DNA of 61,605 bases, the filler included, from Sanchytrium tribonematis (taxonomy: Eukaryota): NCBI GenBank assembly GCA_018985235.1. It is 8 parts of 8 records of this genome, joined end to end, with 100 filler letters (N's around TTAATTAATTAA, not from the genome) between each part and the next. Parts side by side here need not be neighbours in the genome. Positions count along the whole stretch, not along the records: positions 1 to 26,047 come from JADGIG010000063.1; 7 more parts are not named here. One strand, written 5' to 3'. A program made the position numbers and the translations under genes. Below are positions 12,355 through 22,728 of this stretch, piece by piece (within the stretch, counting starts at the first letter, position 1; every line of letters starts with the position of its first letter). The notes beneath the pieces are model-generated. The model saw only the letters and a list, made by a program, of their open reading frames with translations, was not told where the DNA came from and made no database searches.

Positions 12355-13333
12355 ATGTCCAACAACATTAAAATATTTGCGGGAAACTCTCATCGACAAT
12401 TCGCGGAATTAATAGCTAATAGAATTGGTCTGCCTTTAGGAAAGTGCGGTGTTAGCAAATTCGCAAATCAGGAAACCTCTGTGAGTATTGGTGAAAGTGT
12501 GAGAGATGAAGATGTTTATATAATTCAAAGCGGGTGCGGTGAAATCAATGACCACTTGATGGAACTGTTGATTATGATTAGTGCTTGTAAAACAGCATCA
12601 GCTAGAAGAATTACAGCGGTTGTACCATGTTTTCCTTATGCCAGGCAAGATAAGAAAGATAAAAGTAGGGCTCCGATAACAGCAAAATTAGTTGCAAATA
12701 TGCTTACTGTTGCAGGAGCTGATCACGTTATTACTATTGATCTTCATGCTTCGCAAATTCAAGGATTTTTCAACATTCCTGTGGACAATCTATACGCAGA
12801 GCCCTCATTTCTTTATTGGATCAAGCATAATGTGGAGGAGCTTCAAAACGTTGTTATTGTCTCTCCAGATGCTGGTGGAGCAAAGAGAGCCACAGCTATC
12901 GCAGACAGGTTAAATGCCGATTTCGCGATAATTCACAAAGAGCGCAAAAAAGCAAATGAAATAGCCAGAATGGTTTTGATCGGGGATGTTACTGACAAAA
13001 TCGCTATTTTGGTTGATGATATGGTAGTTGACGCTCATTTAGGCTGATACGTGCGGCACACTTGGACTTGCTGCAACTCGCTTAATAGATGGTGGTGCGA
13101 AACAAGTCTATGCTATGGTTACGCATGGCATTCTTTCAGGCAAGGCGTTGGATGTCATATCTAATTCTCCCATCACTAAACTTGTCACCACAAATACAAT
13201 TCCACAAACTCAAAACTTGGATAAATGTTCTAAACTTGAAGTCATAGATCTTTCCGCCACAATTTCAGAAGCCATAAGAAGAACTCACAACGGTGAAAGT
13301 GTCAGTTATCTATTTAATCATGCTCCACAATAA
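12355..13333 (+). CDS. PRS: Ribose-phosphate pyrophosphokinase (PRPP synthetase); exons 12355-13023 and 13043-13333
   Basis: Motifs [18 protein letters not shown] and [10 protein letters not shown]; splicing restores the conserved LVDDM|ADTCGTL motif. Confidence 0.96.
13024..13042 (+). other. 19-nt spliceosomal intron GTAGTTGACGCTCATTTAG
   Basis: Exact removal gives DDMADTCGT with no gain or loss of residues. Confidence 0.95.
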
Positions 13334-13375
13334 AACTATAAGTTTAAATCGGACTTTGTCGGAGTTGAAACAAAA

Positions 13376-13531
13376 ATGATTACTGGTATGTTAAACAAAA
13401 GATTTGTGCGCGATTTATTGATTGCTGGTGTTACTGGAGGTCTTGTTGGGGCTTATTTTCAGATAAATGTCAGAGGAAAGGATATTGAGCGAAGGGCGCA
13501 ATTTTACGCCAGCTTGGAGAAACCTGAATAA
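13376..13531 (+). CDS. COX9: Cytochrome c oxidase subunit Cox9 (51 aa; absent from the ORF track)
   Basis: MITGMLNKRFVRDLLIAGVTGGLVGAYFQINVRGKDIERRAQFYASLEKPE follows the fungal Cox9 pattern ITG..(K/R)R...D..TM..R..FY..L. Confidence 0.8.
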   Translation: MITGMLNKRFVRDLLIAGVTGGLVGAYFQINVRGKDIERRAQFYASLEKPE

Positions 13532-13567
13532 ATTCTTCGATTTATTTCAATTACTCAAAATGTAAAT

Positions 13568-15842
13568 TTAAATTGTCTTTGTCCTCTGCCTCATGCCTAT
13601 GGGTTGCTTACTACTAGTCAAAAATTTCATTTGAGGGTCTGAATCAATAACACTCTCTGTACTCAAAAAATTAATATTGTCGAATGTACGTTTAAGGATA
13701 TCTATAGAAACGTTTTTGCATTGGGAAATATTGACATTGTCAATAGCAGGCGCATTAAGTAAAAATTCAATAACCGCTTCTTGTGAAATTTTAAAACATC
13801 CTCGAATACCTAGTCTTTTTAAGGACTGACTCGATGATAGGGTCTCTAGCCCTTTGTCAGTCACGAAGGAACCGCAAAAGCTTGCGTCTAAAGTCTCCAA
13901 ATTTTCTAGTCGAGAAACATGTTCTATACTTTTCTCGGTGAGACCACAGACAAAAGAGACGCACAGTAATTTTAAATTAGGACAGCTTTTTGAAATTATT
14001 TCTATGGAATTGTCAGTTAAAAAGCTACAGTCACTCAAAACTAAAACTTCAATATCAAAAATGTGACCCTCCAAATGCCTATAGCCCACGTCTGTTATAG
14101 AAGTACACCGTTGTAGATTTAATTTTTTGATATTTGCAAAAAGAAATGGGTCCTTGTATATATCATTGTTAATACTTTTGCAATAACTTAGACTCATTTC
14201 TTCTAATTGGCAAAAATCCAATAAGCTAGTAATTCCTGAAGCATCTACCTTTCTACAATTACTTAAATCAATAGATCTTATTTTTGGACACCCTTCTGCT
14301 AGGGCTATGAGACCTTCACTGGATATCTCCCAACAGCTATGTATATTGATAATTTCTAAATTCGGACAATTTAAAGCCAAACTAACTAGACCAGAGTTTG
14401 TAACCTTAAAGCATCCTTTCAAATTTATGCTTCTGAGACTGAATTTTCTACATTATAAACAATTACCCCAACTCTGATATTCCGTTTAGACCAGCATTAT
14501 TCATAGAGTTTTGATATTCGCACAAATCTATATTAACGCAAATAGTCGCTAATTTAGAGATCTCGTCATAAAAAGCCTGACAAACCGAGGATAAAGTAAA
14601 AATATCTCTAAATCTCAAAAAGTCAATGATACAGCGAAATATTTTAGGCTTTTCCAACGCAATGTTTAAAAGTTCAGAATAAATGTTATTAGTTTTTGAT
14701 TTTATATTCAAATTGGACAGTTTTTGCCCAGATTTTTTACGCTCCACTAATTTAGATAGGGTAGGATCTGCCCAAACCGCAATGCTGGCACGCCTTTTCT
14801 CCCCTGATGTAACCATTAATCGTTGAGAGTCAAATGATTTCGATAAATTAGACTTGCTACTTTTTTCTTCGCTAACCATTAAATTTTCAAGAGAATGCTC
14901 TAAAGACTTGACAAATGATAACTCTATTTGTTCTCGCACATCCGCATTGGATTCCATAAGTGCCAGAACCGATCTAGATTCCAGAATACAGGCAGTTCCT
15001 GCTGACAGCGCCAACAGAGTCTCATTCTCCAAGGTATCGCGATTATTAAGATTTAAAGCCCCATAAAACTCATTTTGAGCAAAGGATTTTTTTCTTATTT
15101 CGTCTGATATTGAGCTGCTTACAATTCCATTAAGGACCATTAAGATGCTCGGAGATGCATCATTTAAATTTATTTCGCCAGGCTGAAATCTAATTGTTTT
15201 TAATAATTGAAATATTTTTGATAAGGAATCTCCATCGCAAAATTGAAAAGGGGGAAATTTTTTTAGAGCCTTGCAAATTAATTCCTCGTCTAAAAAAAGA
15301 GAGTTGGTAGATTCATTTCCAGTATTTCCTGGGATAATGTTACTATTATATTCGGGGATTTCGTCCACTTTACCAAGCTTCTTATTATTTAAAGCTTCTA
15401 ATCTAGTTGATGCCTCATCTTCCAATTGAGTCCATAATTCTAAATTTTTGAAATCCAAATAATCTTGCTTATGCAAACATAGCACAAAACATTTCGATCG
15501 TGCTAAAACGTTGGCTGTCCTATTAACATTTTTTAATAATGCGATTTCTCCAAAGAATGATCCTGAATATAATGTCGCGTACACAATTTCATCGTCGCTG
15601 CTTAATATGTCGACCTCTCCTCTTATTAAAAAGAAAATTGCTTTACCTTCGTCGCCTTCTTGTATAATTTTATCTCCACTCAAATAAATTCTTGATTTCA
15701 TGACTTTACATAATTCTCTAATCGTATCATCGCCAGATTTTCTGAATAATGGATGATTCCTTAATGACTCTTCGATATCGCTAGGTAATTCATTAATTGA
15801 TTCGATGCTTAATTTTGATTCTTGATTCTTTTGTTGAAACAT
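13568..15842 (-). CDS. Cyclic-nucleotide-binding domain + F-box-like + Cys-containing LRR protein; exons 15842-14467 and 14447-13568
   Basis: cNMP cassette GSFFGEIALLKNVNRTANV; F-box-like IFRCIIDFLRFRDIFTLSSVCQ; LxxLxLxxCxxITD repeats. The two ORFs are joined by a 19-nt intron. Confidence 0.85.
14448..14466 (-). other. 19-nt spliceosomal intron GTAATTGTTTATAATGTAG
   Basis: Removal gives SELG|KFSLRSINLKGC, in frame with the LRR ORF. Confidence 0.9.
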
Positions 15843-15952
15843 CCGAAATTCTAGGTCAATTAATAAACAACGGTCTTTATTGTCAACTTGAATTAAATTT
15901 AGGTAAATCCAAAATAAAGTAGACTTAAAAAATCCTCAAACCAGGGTTCAAA

Positions 15953-17218
15953 ATGCTATGCAATGAACCTATTCAGATTTTCAAATATGACGATAGTTCT
16001 TTTCAAAACATAAAATATAGAGAAGATGGTATCGACAAATATATCGGAAAAGAGACTGACGCGTCACAAGAATCTTATGGGTTGGCCATTTTACAACATG
16101 AAGATGTATCCATCGGATGCTACACAATTAATGAGTACATTTACATATTCGACCCAAAAAGCGGTTTAGTATCAAATTTTATTCAGCTTCCGAAAAATGC
16201 AGAAGGGAAAGAAGTGCTTTACACCGTGGAGTTTGCAATTATAGAAGAAGAACTGTTTATTGCAGCCGGTGGATGGTATGGTTCTATTTATATTATAAAT
16301 TTAAATGATGCTACAAATTATGTAGTACTGGAGCAACATGGAGGACCAATTCATTGTATTCAAACGAACCCACAATACCCTCATATAATCGCAAGTTGTT
16401 CTGCCGATCGGACGGTAAAAGTGTGGGATTTAAAGCATTTTGTCAAGAATAACCCAAAAGATATGGACTCCATAATAACATTCGCCGGTGTTGGCGGTCA
16501 TAAGATGCAAGTCAATACGATTTGTTGGAATCCAGTTGGGGATAAGATCGCCAGCGGAGGCTACGATTTGATGATCTGCATGTGGGATATTCCCATTGAA
16601 CTTGTCGAAATTTGGAGCGGAAATCCATACAAAGAAAATTATGTATTTGAAATTTACCCACTTTTAATCCAGAATCCCGGTTGGTCAACAATGATGCTTC
16701 ATACAAGCGCCATTGATGATATATTATGGCTCAGTACTTGTTTGCTATCCAAGGCAGCAGATGGTGAGATTATATGCTGGAAGAAAGATGAAAGGGAAGA
16801 GATTGAATTTAATATCGATGTTGCGAGACTAAATCCTGTTGAGATAATTTTGAGAATGACTTTTGAGTCAGACACGACATGGTTCATCAGATTTGGTTAC
16901 TGCCGCCGAAATTGTCATGCAGTTTGTGGAAACAGCAGTGGTTCTTTGTTTTTTTGGAATTTAGAAGATTTGCTCATAAATAGGGAACGAGAATTTTTAA
17001 GCAAAAAGATCATTTTTGAAAATTTTGACATAGCTGATATGAGGGACACATATAATAACCATTGTAAGAGAATTAGTTATGACCCAGGACTAGGTTTTAA
17101 TTATTCCTACAAATACTTAAATTCCAACTGGAGAAATTTTGCATTCACAATTGATGGCTCGTATTGTTATGCTTTGAACGATAGTGGTATACTCATAAGA
17201 ATCAACAGCGAATGCTAA
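15953..17218 (+). CDS. EED: Polycomb PRC2 subunit EED/ESC-like WD40 protein
   Basis: FAGVGGH, LHTSAIDDILWLSTCLLSK...IICW and WFIRFG...CGNSSGSLFFWNL parallel EED signature segments. Confidence 0.75.
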   Translation: MLCNEPIQIFKYDDSSFQNIKYREDGIDKYIGKETDASQESYGLAILQHEDVSIGCYTINEYIYIFDPKSGLVSNFIQLPKNAEGKEVLYTVEFAIIEEELFIAAGGWYGSIYIINLNDATNYVVLEQHGGPIHCIQTNPQYPHIIASCSADRTVKVWDLKHFVKNNPKDMDSIITFAGVGGHKMQVNTICWNPVGDKIASGGYDLMICMWDIPIELVEIWSGNPYKENYVFEIYPLLIQNPGWSTMMLHTSAIDDILWLSTCLLSKAADGEIICWKKDEREEIEFNIDVARLNPVEIILRMTFESDTTWFIRFGYCRRNCHAVCGNSSGSLFFWNLEDLLINREREFLSKKIIFENFDIADMRDTYNNHCKRISYDPGLGFNYSYKYLNSNWRNFAFTIDGSYCYALNDSGILIRINSEC

Positions 17219-17231
17219 TAAATCTCTAAGT

Positions 17232-18246
17232 TTATTGCTGTATCAATTTAAAAAAATATTCCGACTCTAATTGTCCATCGTCCTCAAATTCTGTAAAAAA
17301 AATTCCAATGTCATTCTCTGAAGACAACAAGGCTCTTAAAGATGTCTTGTGTTTCAAAATAGAGACTTCCCTAGTGAGAGGGCCAACAATTTGTCTTAAT
17401 TTTTCCACAACATTTTCCGAGATCACCTGTCTAGATTAATATAAAATACATTATGACACAATTTCCTTTGCATAATGTATTACATAAATGGGAGATATTT
17501 GGAAGAACTCCAGCATAAATTTCCAAATAATTTGAAGCTTCTTCCCTGGAAAGCGATAGTGTAGTGATACAAGTCAATCGAAATGATTTCCTCAGATTTT
17601 CAAGAGCAAAACTAATTTTTCTATTATTAATAATATAGTCTGTTAAAATTACCACTGCTGAATTTTCATTTTGAAAAAGAAACTCAAGCTTTACAGATTC
17701 CAATTTTTCAATTATGTTATTGTCTCCAATAAAATTGCTTGAAATCGTCTTCATCGGTTTTTCAGTTGATCCGATAGCAATTATAAATATTTTATCACCA
17801 TCCAGACCGGAAATATTACAATCCTTGTTCGGCCAATAACCCATTTTCAGTATATGTACTTTTGCAAAGCTCTCAAAATGGCCAATTTGGTCCACTTCAT
17901 CAAGGGACTGTAGAACGAAAGCGATTTTAGAAATTCCGTAGATAACTTCTTCTGTAAATTCGTTTCCAAATCCCGTTATTTTATATGTGCGGGAAAATAA
18001 TTCAATGCATTCGAATTTTTTGAACTTTGTGATAGAGAGAGGAGCAATTCTTGATTTTTTCAAAAATAATTTGTTTCTGCTTTGATCAAATATTCTGACA
18101 CCTTGGGCAAAATATTGAGAGTTATTTCGATCGATATATAAAGTTAAAACAAAATTTCTTGTCAAACAAGAGTTCCGGTCAAAATGCTCAGCAAATATAT
18201 GTAACTCTTGTGTAGGTAAGGGCCCTATATCTTCTTCAATCAGCAT
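17232..18246 (-). CDS. NME7: Degenerate NME7/NDK7 (DM10 domain + NDP-kinase-like domains); exons 18246-17450 and 17430-17232
   Basis: DM10-like FAEHFDRNSCLTRNFVLTLY...IFDQSRNKLFLKK...FSRTYKITGFGNEFT; the C-terminal EDDGQLESEYFFKL resembles NME7 EDGLLEVQYFFKI. Confidence 0.8.
17431..17449 (-). other. 19-nt spliceosomal intron GTATTTTATATTAATCTAG
   Basis: Removal gives GNCVII|QVISENVVEKLR in frame. Confidence 0.9.
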
Positions 18247-18418
18247 AGCTACACAAATTATTAGCCACAAATGTTTTGAAAATTCTAGCACAGATATCAC
18301 ATTGACAGACCGACAGTTTTATTTCTATATTGCAGTAGTGACTATTAATTTCACCATCACATAAACAAAATATTAGTCAAGACATAATTTTAAATATTTT
18401 GACCAAGCCACAGAAGAT

Positions 18419-21032
18419 ATGAGCCAGAGCCAAAAGATATTAGATGTATCTTTGTTGTTTGAAGACGCTAAAGAATCTGGTTTAGATTTGGATGAAATAT
18501 TACAAACAAAAAGAAGGTCCTCCGCACCGGACTCCATAAATGATCCAAAAAAACGCGAAAGTTTAAATTTGGGTCCACTTTTAGAGGAAAACAAAGACAT
18601 GAGACCTTCAGAAACTAAAAACTTTCCCGAAAGAACATCATCAATAACTAGAAATCGTGGTATGAAAGGAAGAAAATTTTCTACTAAGCGAACAGCATCT
18701 ACTTTGTCCAATACCCTTGAAAATGAAAGCGAAACAAGCCTGGAAGAAAAAGAGACCGACAAGAAAGATAAGGAGCCAGGGTCTCCTACTTTATCTAGGA
18801 AAGGGAAAATGAGGAACAGTTCATTTGAATCTACAAATAGTGGAAATTCTACTAAAGCAATCTCTATACCTCGTAGGTCAGTATCTCTTCCATCAAAAGA
18901 AGTCGATACAATTATTATGGATGTTTCTAAAAGGATTCTGGGTGTACCTGGTCTTGCTGCAAATTGGAGACTTATTAAAAGCTTTAATACTCAATTTGAA
19001 GCGCTTCCTAGTATAATGAGTCCGAGTCTCCAGCCTTCAGAATCAAAACTAAATAATATTAATTTGATAATAGATCATTTGCACAGAGCTTTGCAATTGG
19101 TGTCAGAAGAAACTCATTCCCTTCTAGAAGCTCGAATTTCTGCGTTATTAGGGGTTGCAAATGATATCAGAGGGAAGCCTGAAATAGCCAAAGAATGGTT
19201 TATTAAATCTCTGACATGTATTCAGCATCAAATAGGCCAAATTTTTCCGGATAGTGCAAAAGAAGAAGCTGAAGTTTTAAATAGTAATCTCAATTTGGAT
19301 GACCAAAAGTCTATCTACGAGGGAATTAAACGAATCATGTCTCAAACCCAAACTACTCAAGATTCAGATGCTGTGGTAGTTGATCCAGCTTGGTTCGCTG
19401 AATTGCTAGGAAATATGGGAAACGTATGTTATGTTTTGTTGGAAACAAAAGAAGCGATAGGTTGGTACAGAAAGAGTGTTCTTATATGTAGACAAATTGT
19501 CACCACATATAGCAAATATGCACAGCCATATATACGTCCAATTGCTCAAATGATGTTGTCAGCAGAAGCTGGGATTGTTCGTGGATGTTGTCAATTAGCG
19601 CTTTGCTTTCAAGCATTAAATAGGATTCCTACAGCCATTTATTATTCTAGAAAAGCGCACGTATCCTACGAAGAATACAAGAGCGTTTTTGAAATCCATT
19701 CTCCCCAAACAGTTGTTCATACAATGGCAGTGTTGGAAACAATTAACTTAGTTTCTGGATGCAAGGTTTTATCTCTATGTTATTCAGAAGAAGGTCTAGA
19801 AAATTGTCCTGCCGATTATACTCACTTTTTGCTGTTTAGAAAGGCAGCCTCTACTTCCGAAAACGCTGCTCTTAGACACATTTTATGGAAAAATTTTCTC
19901 AAAACCTGCACCAAAGAACAATTTAATGATTTAACACAGCGAAACGTGACTAATAATTTCAGTGTATTTGTAAAATCTATGTTAAAAGAAGCAATTGATT
20001 CATTTGAAGCTGCTGATGTTGAAAACAATGATTTGATGTTTGATGCTAGACTTCATTTATTCGTCAGAGAAGGAATCGGTAAAGCTTTTTCACTTAGCTC
20101 AGATATTATTACTACTAGAGAATGGAAAAACATCATTTTCTCATCTTACCCAAACTTTGAAGAAACAAGCGACCAGGACCAAGGTAACTCTTGGTTTACC
20201 TCACGATTTTGTAATCCACATGTATCGTCGTCTGTATAGCCATTTAGGACAAACGTTGAAACCTTCAATGATGAGTGGGAGTGATTTATCAATCGGGTTT
20301 TCAATTGAAGAATGTATGTCATCACCCTGTGTACAGTACCACGATCATTATATCAAGAGTTCTCAAGCCGTTGGTGATGTTTATGGAAGGATTGTGGGCA
20401 CACTGAGGCTTTCTTATACCCATTATAATATCGCTTCGAAAATGTATACCAATTCAGGACCTTCTCAAGACGAGAGTTTGGAAAAGGCCTTTAATTATTG
20501 TCTCGAATGCGTTCAGACGTCACTTTATCACAATTTTTATAATTTCGCAGCGATTTCACTGTTACAAGCAGCGTCTGTTTTAGAATGTTATAGAGAATTA
20601 AGTGGTGCTAGAGACCCTCAATTCAAAGTAGATGTAAGCAAAGAAGCAAAAAAGATATCTAGTGTTAAAGAAACATGCTTTTTAGATTGGGACAACTGGA
20701 CACAAACAAGATTATTTTCCGCTATTAAAACAAGCAAAAATGAATTGAATTCGGCTATAATACAATATAGGTGGCTAGGAATAATGATAATGATTACTAA
20801 TTTATATGTCGTATCAAAAGAGGAATTGTTGATATCAGAAACACTAGAAAATCCAAATAATATCTTGAGGTTGCATTTTGATAAGGTAAGCAGATTAAAT
20901 GAGAGTGGTCATATTCTCGCATTTTTAGGTGACCAGGATGAGGCCGTATACCAAGAGATATTTAAAGTGTTGGAAATAACAAACAATCATGTCGCACAGA
21001 TCCAGGATTGGCTCGATGGCATTCACAAATAA
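18419..21032 (+). CDS. Large TPR-like helical protein with a disordered Ser/Arg-rich N-terminus; exons 18419-20078 and 20098-21032
   Basis: TPR-like AELLGNMGNVCYVLLETKEAIGWYRKS; two overlapping ORFs are joined by a 19-nt intron. Confidence 0.65.
20079..20097 (+). other. 19-nt spliceosomal intron GTAAAGCTTTTTCACTTAG
   Basis: It gives the required +1 frame change (VREGI|AQILLLLENG) and fits the intron consensus. Confidence 0.82.
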
Positions 21033-21043
21033 ATTTACTTTAA

Positions 21044-21475
21044 TTATATCAAAGACTTGCCTGTTTTAAGAAATTCAATTACTAAATCTACTAGTGAATC
21101 CATTTCATTTTCTTTTAATAAGATTCTAGACAGTACAATTCTGCTTGCATTGTGTAAACTTTGTTTTTCAATCAGGACTTTTAAAGGACTCTCGCATGTT
21201 TGCTCTAATCTAACTACAAAACCACAGATATTGATTTCTGGGAACATTTGAATCAAATTAGAATTGGAAAAGTTAATTTGCTGAATTTCACCATCCCGCG
21301 TAAGCTCACCTACTATTTCCTCTTTTTCATTGTCTTTTGAAAAATTAATCGCTGCTTTGAGCCCTTCAAAATCAATCTTTAAATCCCCCAATAGCTTCCC
21401 ATCAGTTGATTTTTCTATGTTTGCGGTTCCAATAGATTTAGAAAATCCATAGCCTGCAAGAAAAACCTTGGCCAT
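21044..21475 (-). CDS. Hypothetical protein (143 aa)
   Basis: ATG-initiated ORF that fills the gap between neighbours; no family recognised. Confidence 0.6.
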   Translation of the reverse strand: MAKVFLAGYGFSKSIGTANIEKSTDGKLLGDLKIDFEGLKAAINFSKDNEKEEIVGELTRDGEIQQINFSNSNLIQMFPEINICGFVVRLEQTCESPLKVLIEKQSLHNASRIVLSRILLKENEMDSLVDLVIEFLKTGKSLI

Positions 21476-21478
21476 TCT

Positions 21479-21733
21479 CTAAGACTGGAATCTTTTATTT
21501 ATGACGGAGGCAACCTTTTCATATGATTCTATGTAATTAGCGCTAACTTTTTTTATGCATTGTTTTTCTCGTTCGCCAAAATTGTCAAAATTTGAGAAGC
21601 ATTCAAAGCTAAGGTCGTAAACAGTTTCCATAAATTGACTCATTCGTTCCTGAAATAGCTGCTGGCGGTATCTGGCTTTGCTGGCTTCCAATTGTGCTTG
21701 ACTATCGCTTTCAGAATTTCCAAATATCCCCAT
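21479..21733 (-). CDS. Small Tim (Tim9/Tim10-like) mitochondrial IMS chaperone with only two cysteines
   Basis: 84 aa; ERMSQFMETVYDLSFECFSNFDNFGEREKQCIKK parallels Tim9 QMKDFMRLY...C...KEQTCIMKC. Confidence 0.6.
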   Translation of the reverse strand: MGIFGNSESDSQAQLEASKARYRQQLFQERMSQFMETVYDLSFECFSNFDNFGEREKQCIKKVSANYIESYEKVASVINKRFQS

Positions 21734-21754
21734 TTGTAAAGAATTCTCTGAAAT

Positions 21755-22120
21755 ATGACTGACCATGACGAGATTGAGCAAAAATCTTTAAAACATGTAA
21801 AATATGACGTGAGTAACATACAGCCTTCAATTGAAGGATATATTATTATGATGACGAACGTACACGAGGAAGCTACCGAAGATGATGTTTTAGATCTTGT
21901 CACTGAATATGGGAAGGTTGTTCACATCCATTTAAATACCGACAGAAGAACAGGATATGTTAAAGGATATTGTTTACTGGAATACGAGAAATTGGACGAG
22001 GCTGTAAATGCCGTAATTGGTTTAAAAAAGACTAAATTTCTTGGACAAAACTTGGATTGCGACTTTGCATTCACTAAGCCTAATTCTAGGCATCTAGATA
22101 GGGTTTTAGATATTAAATGA
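21755..22120 (+). CDS. RBM8A: Exon junction complex subunit Y14 (RRM)
   Basis: SIEGYIIMMTNVHEEATEDD and IHLNTDRRTGYVKGYCLLEY are Y14 signatures. Confidence 0.95.
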   Translation: MTDHDEIEQKSLKHVKYDVSNIQPSIEGYIIMMTNVHEEATEDDVLDLVTEYGKVVHIHLNTDRRTGYVKGYCLLEYEKLDEAVNAVIGLKKTKFLGQNLDCDFAFTKPNSRHLDRVLDIK

Positions 22121-22174
22121 TTTTTTCTTTTTTATTTTTTGGTAATTTTACAATCCTTGTTTTATAAAGTTCTA

Positions 22175-22699
22175 ATGCAAGAATGTTTAACAGTAGCTTT
22201 GGTTTGCATCTTTGTTGAAATTGTCAAAAGAATCGGCTTTTCAACTTGTTCCACCTTACTTTATAATTTCGTTTACGGTGGTAAAGACGTCTCTGCTTTG
22301 AAAAAAGAAATATATGAGTTAGAAGTAGAACTGAAAAAAACCAGCGCCATGGACGAATTTGCCAAATGGGCCAAAATCCGTCGGCAGCTAGATACAGCAA
22401 CGAAAAAGCAACAAGACATGATGTCAGACGAAAGTATGAAAAAACTTAAAGTTCAAATTAAAGTCACTTCAGGATTATGGATACTCACTAATGTCATGCA
22501 CGCCTGCTGTAGTTTATATTATAGATATGAGCCCATGTTTTACTTGCCAAAAATTCTTGGACCTTTAAATGACTGGGTGCATCTGCCTTTTGCACCACTT
22601 GGATCTGTAAGTGTTGTGATTTGGTACTTTACCGTTCAAAGAACAGCAAATTTATTGTTTGACACTATTATCCCCATAGAGAAAGAAAAAGAGCAATAA
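22175..22699 (+). CDS. GET1: GET pathway receptor Get1/WRB
   Basis: Coiled-coil motif TSAMDEFAKWAKIRRQLD, TM segments and LPFAPLGSVSVVIW. Confidence 0.92.
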   Translation: MQECLTVALVCIFVEIVKRIGFSTCSTLLYNFVYGGKDVSALKKEIYELEVELKKTSAMDEFAKWAKIRRQLDTATKKQQDMMSDESMKKLKVQIKVTSGLWILTNVMHACCSLYYRYEPMFYLPKILGPLNDWVHLPFAPLGSVSVVIWYFTVQRTANLLFDTIIPIEKEKEQ

Positions 22700-22728
22700 A
22701 ATTTGTTAAATTTATATTTTTGACACAA

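Noticed and set aside
12355..13333. Split ORFs as pseudogenes, sequencing indels or programmed frameshifts
   Set aside because: Each break contains extra sequence of exactly 19 nt with GT..AG ends and a shared consensus. A frameshift would leave inserted residues in conserved motifs.
20222..20247. Alternative 18-nt introns near 20222-20239 or 20230-20247
   Set aside because: An 18-nt intron cannot produce the required frame change; 20079-20097 does.
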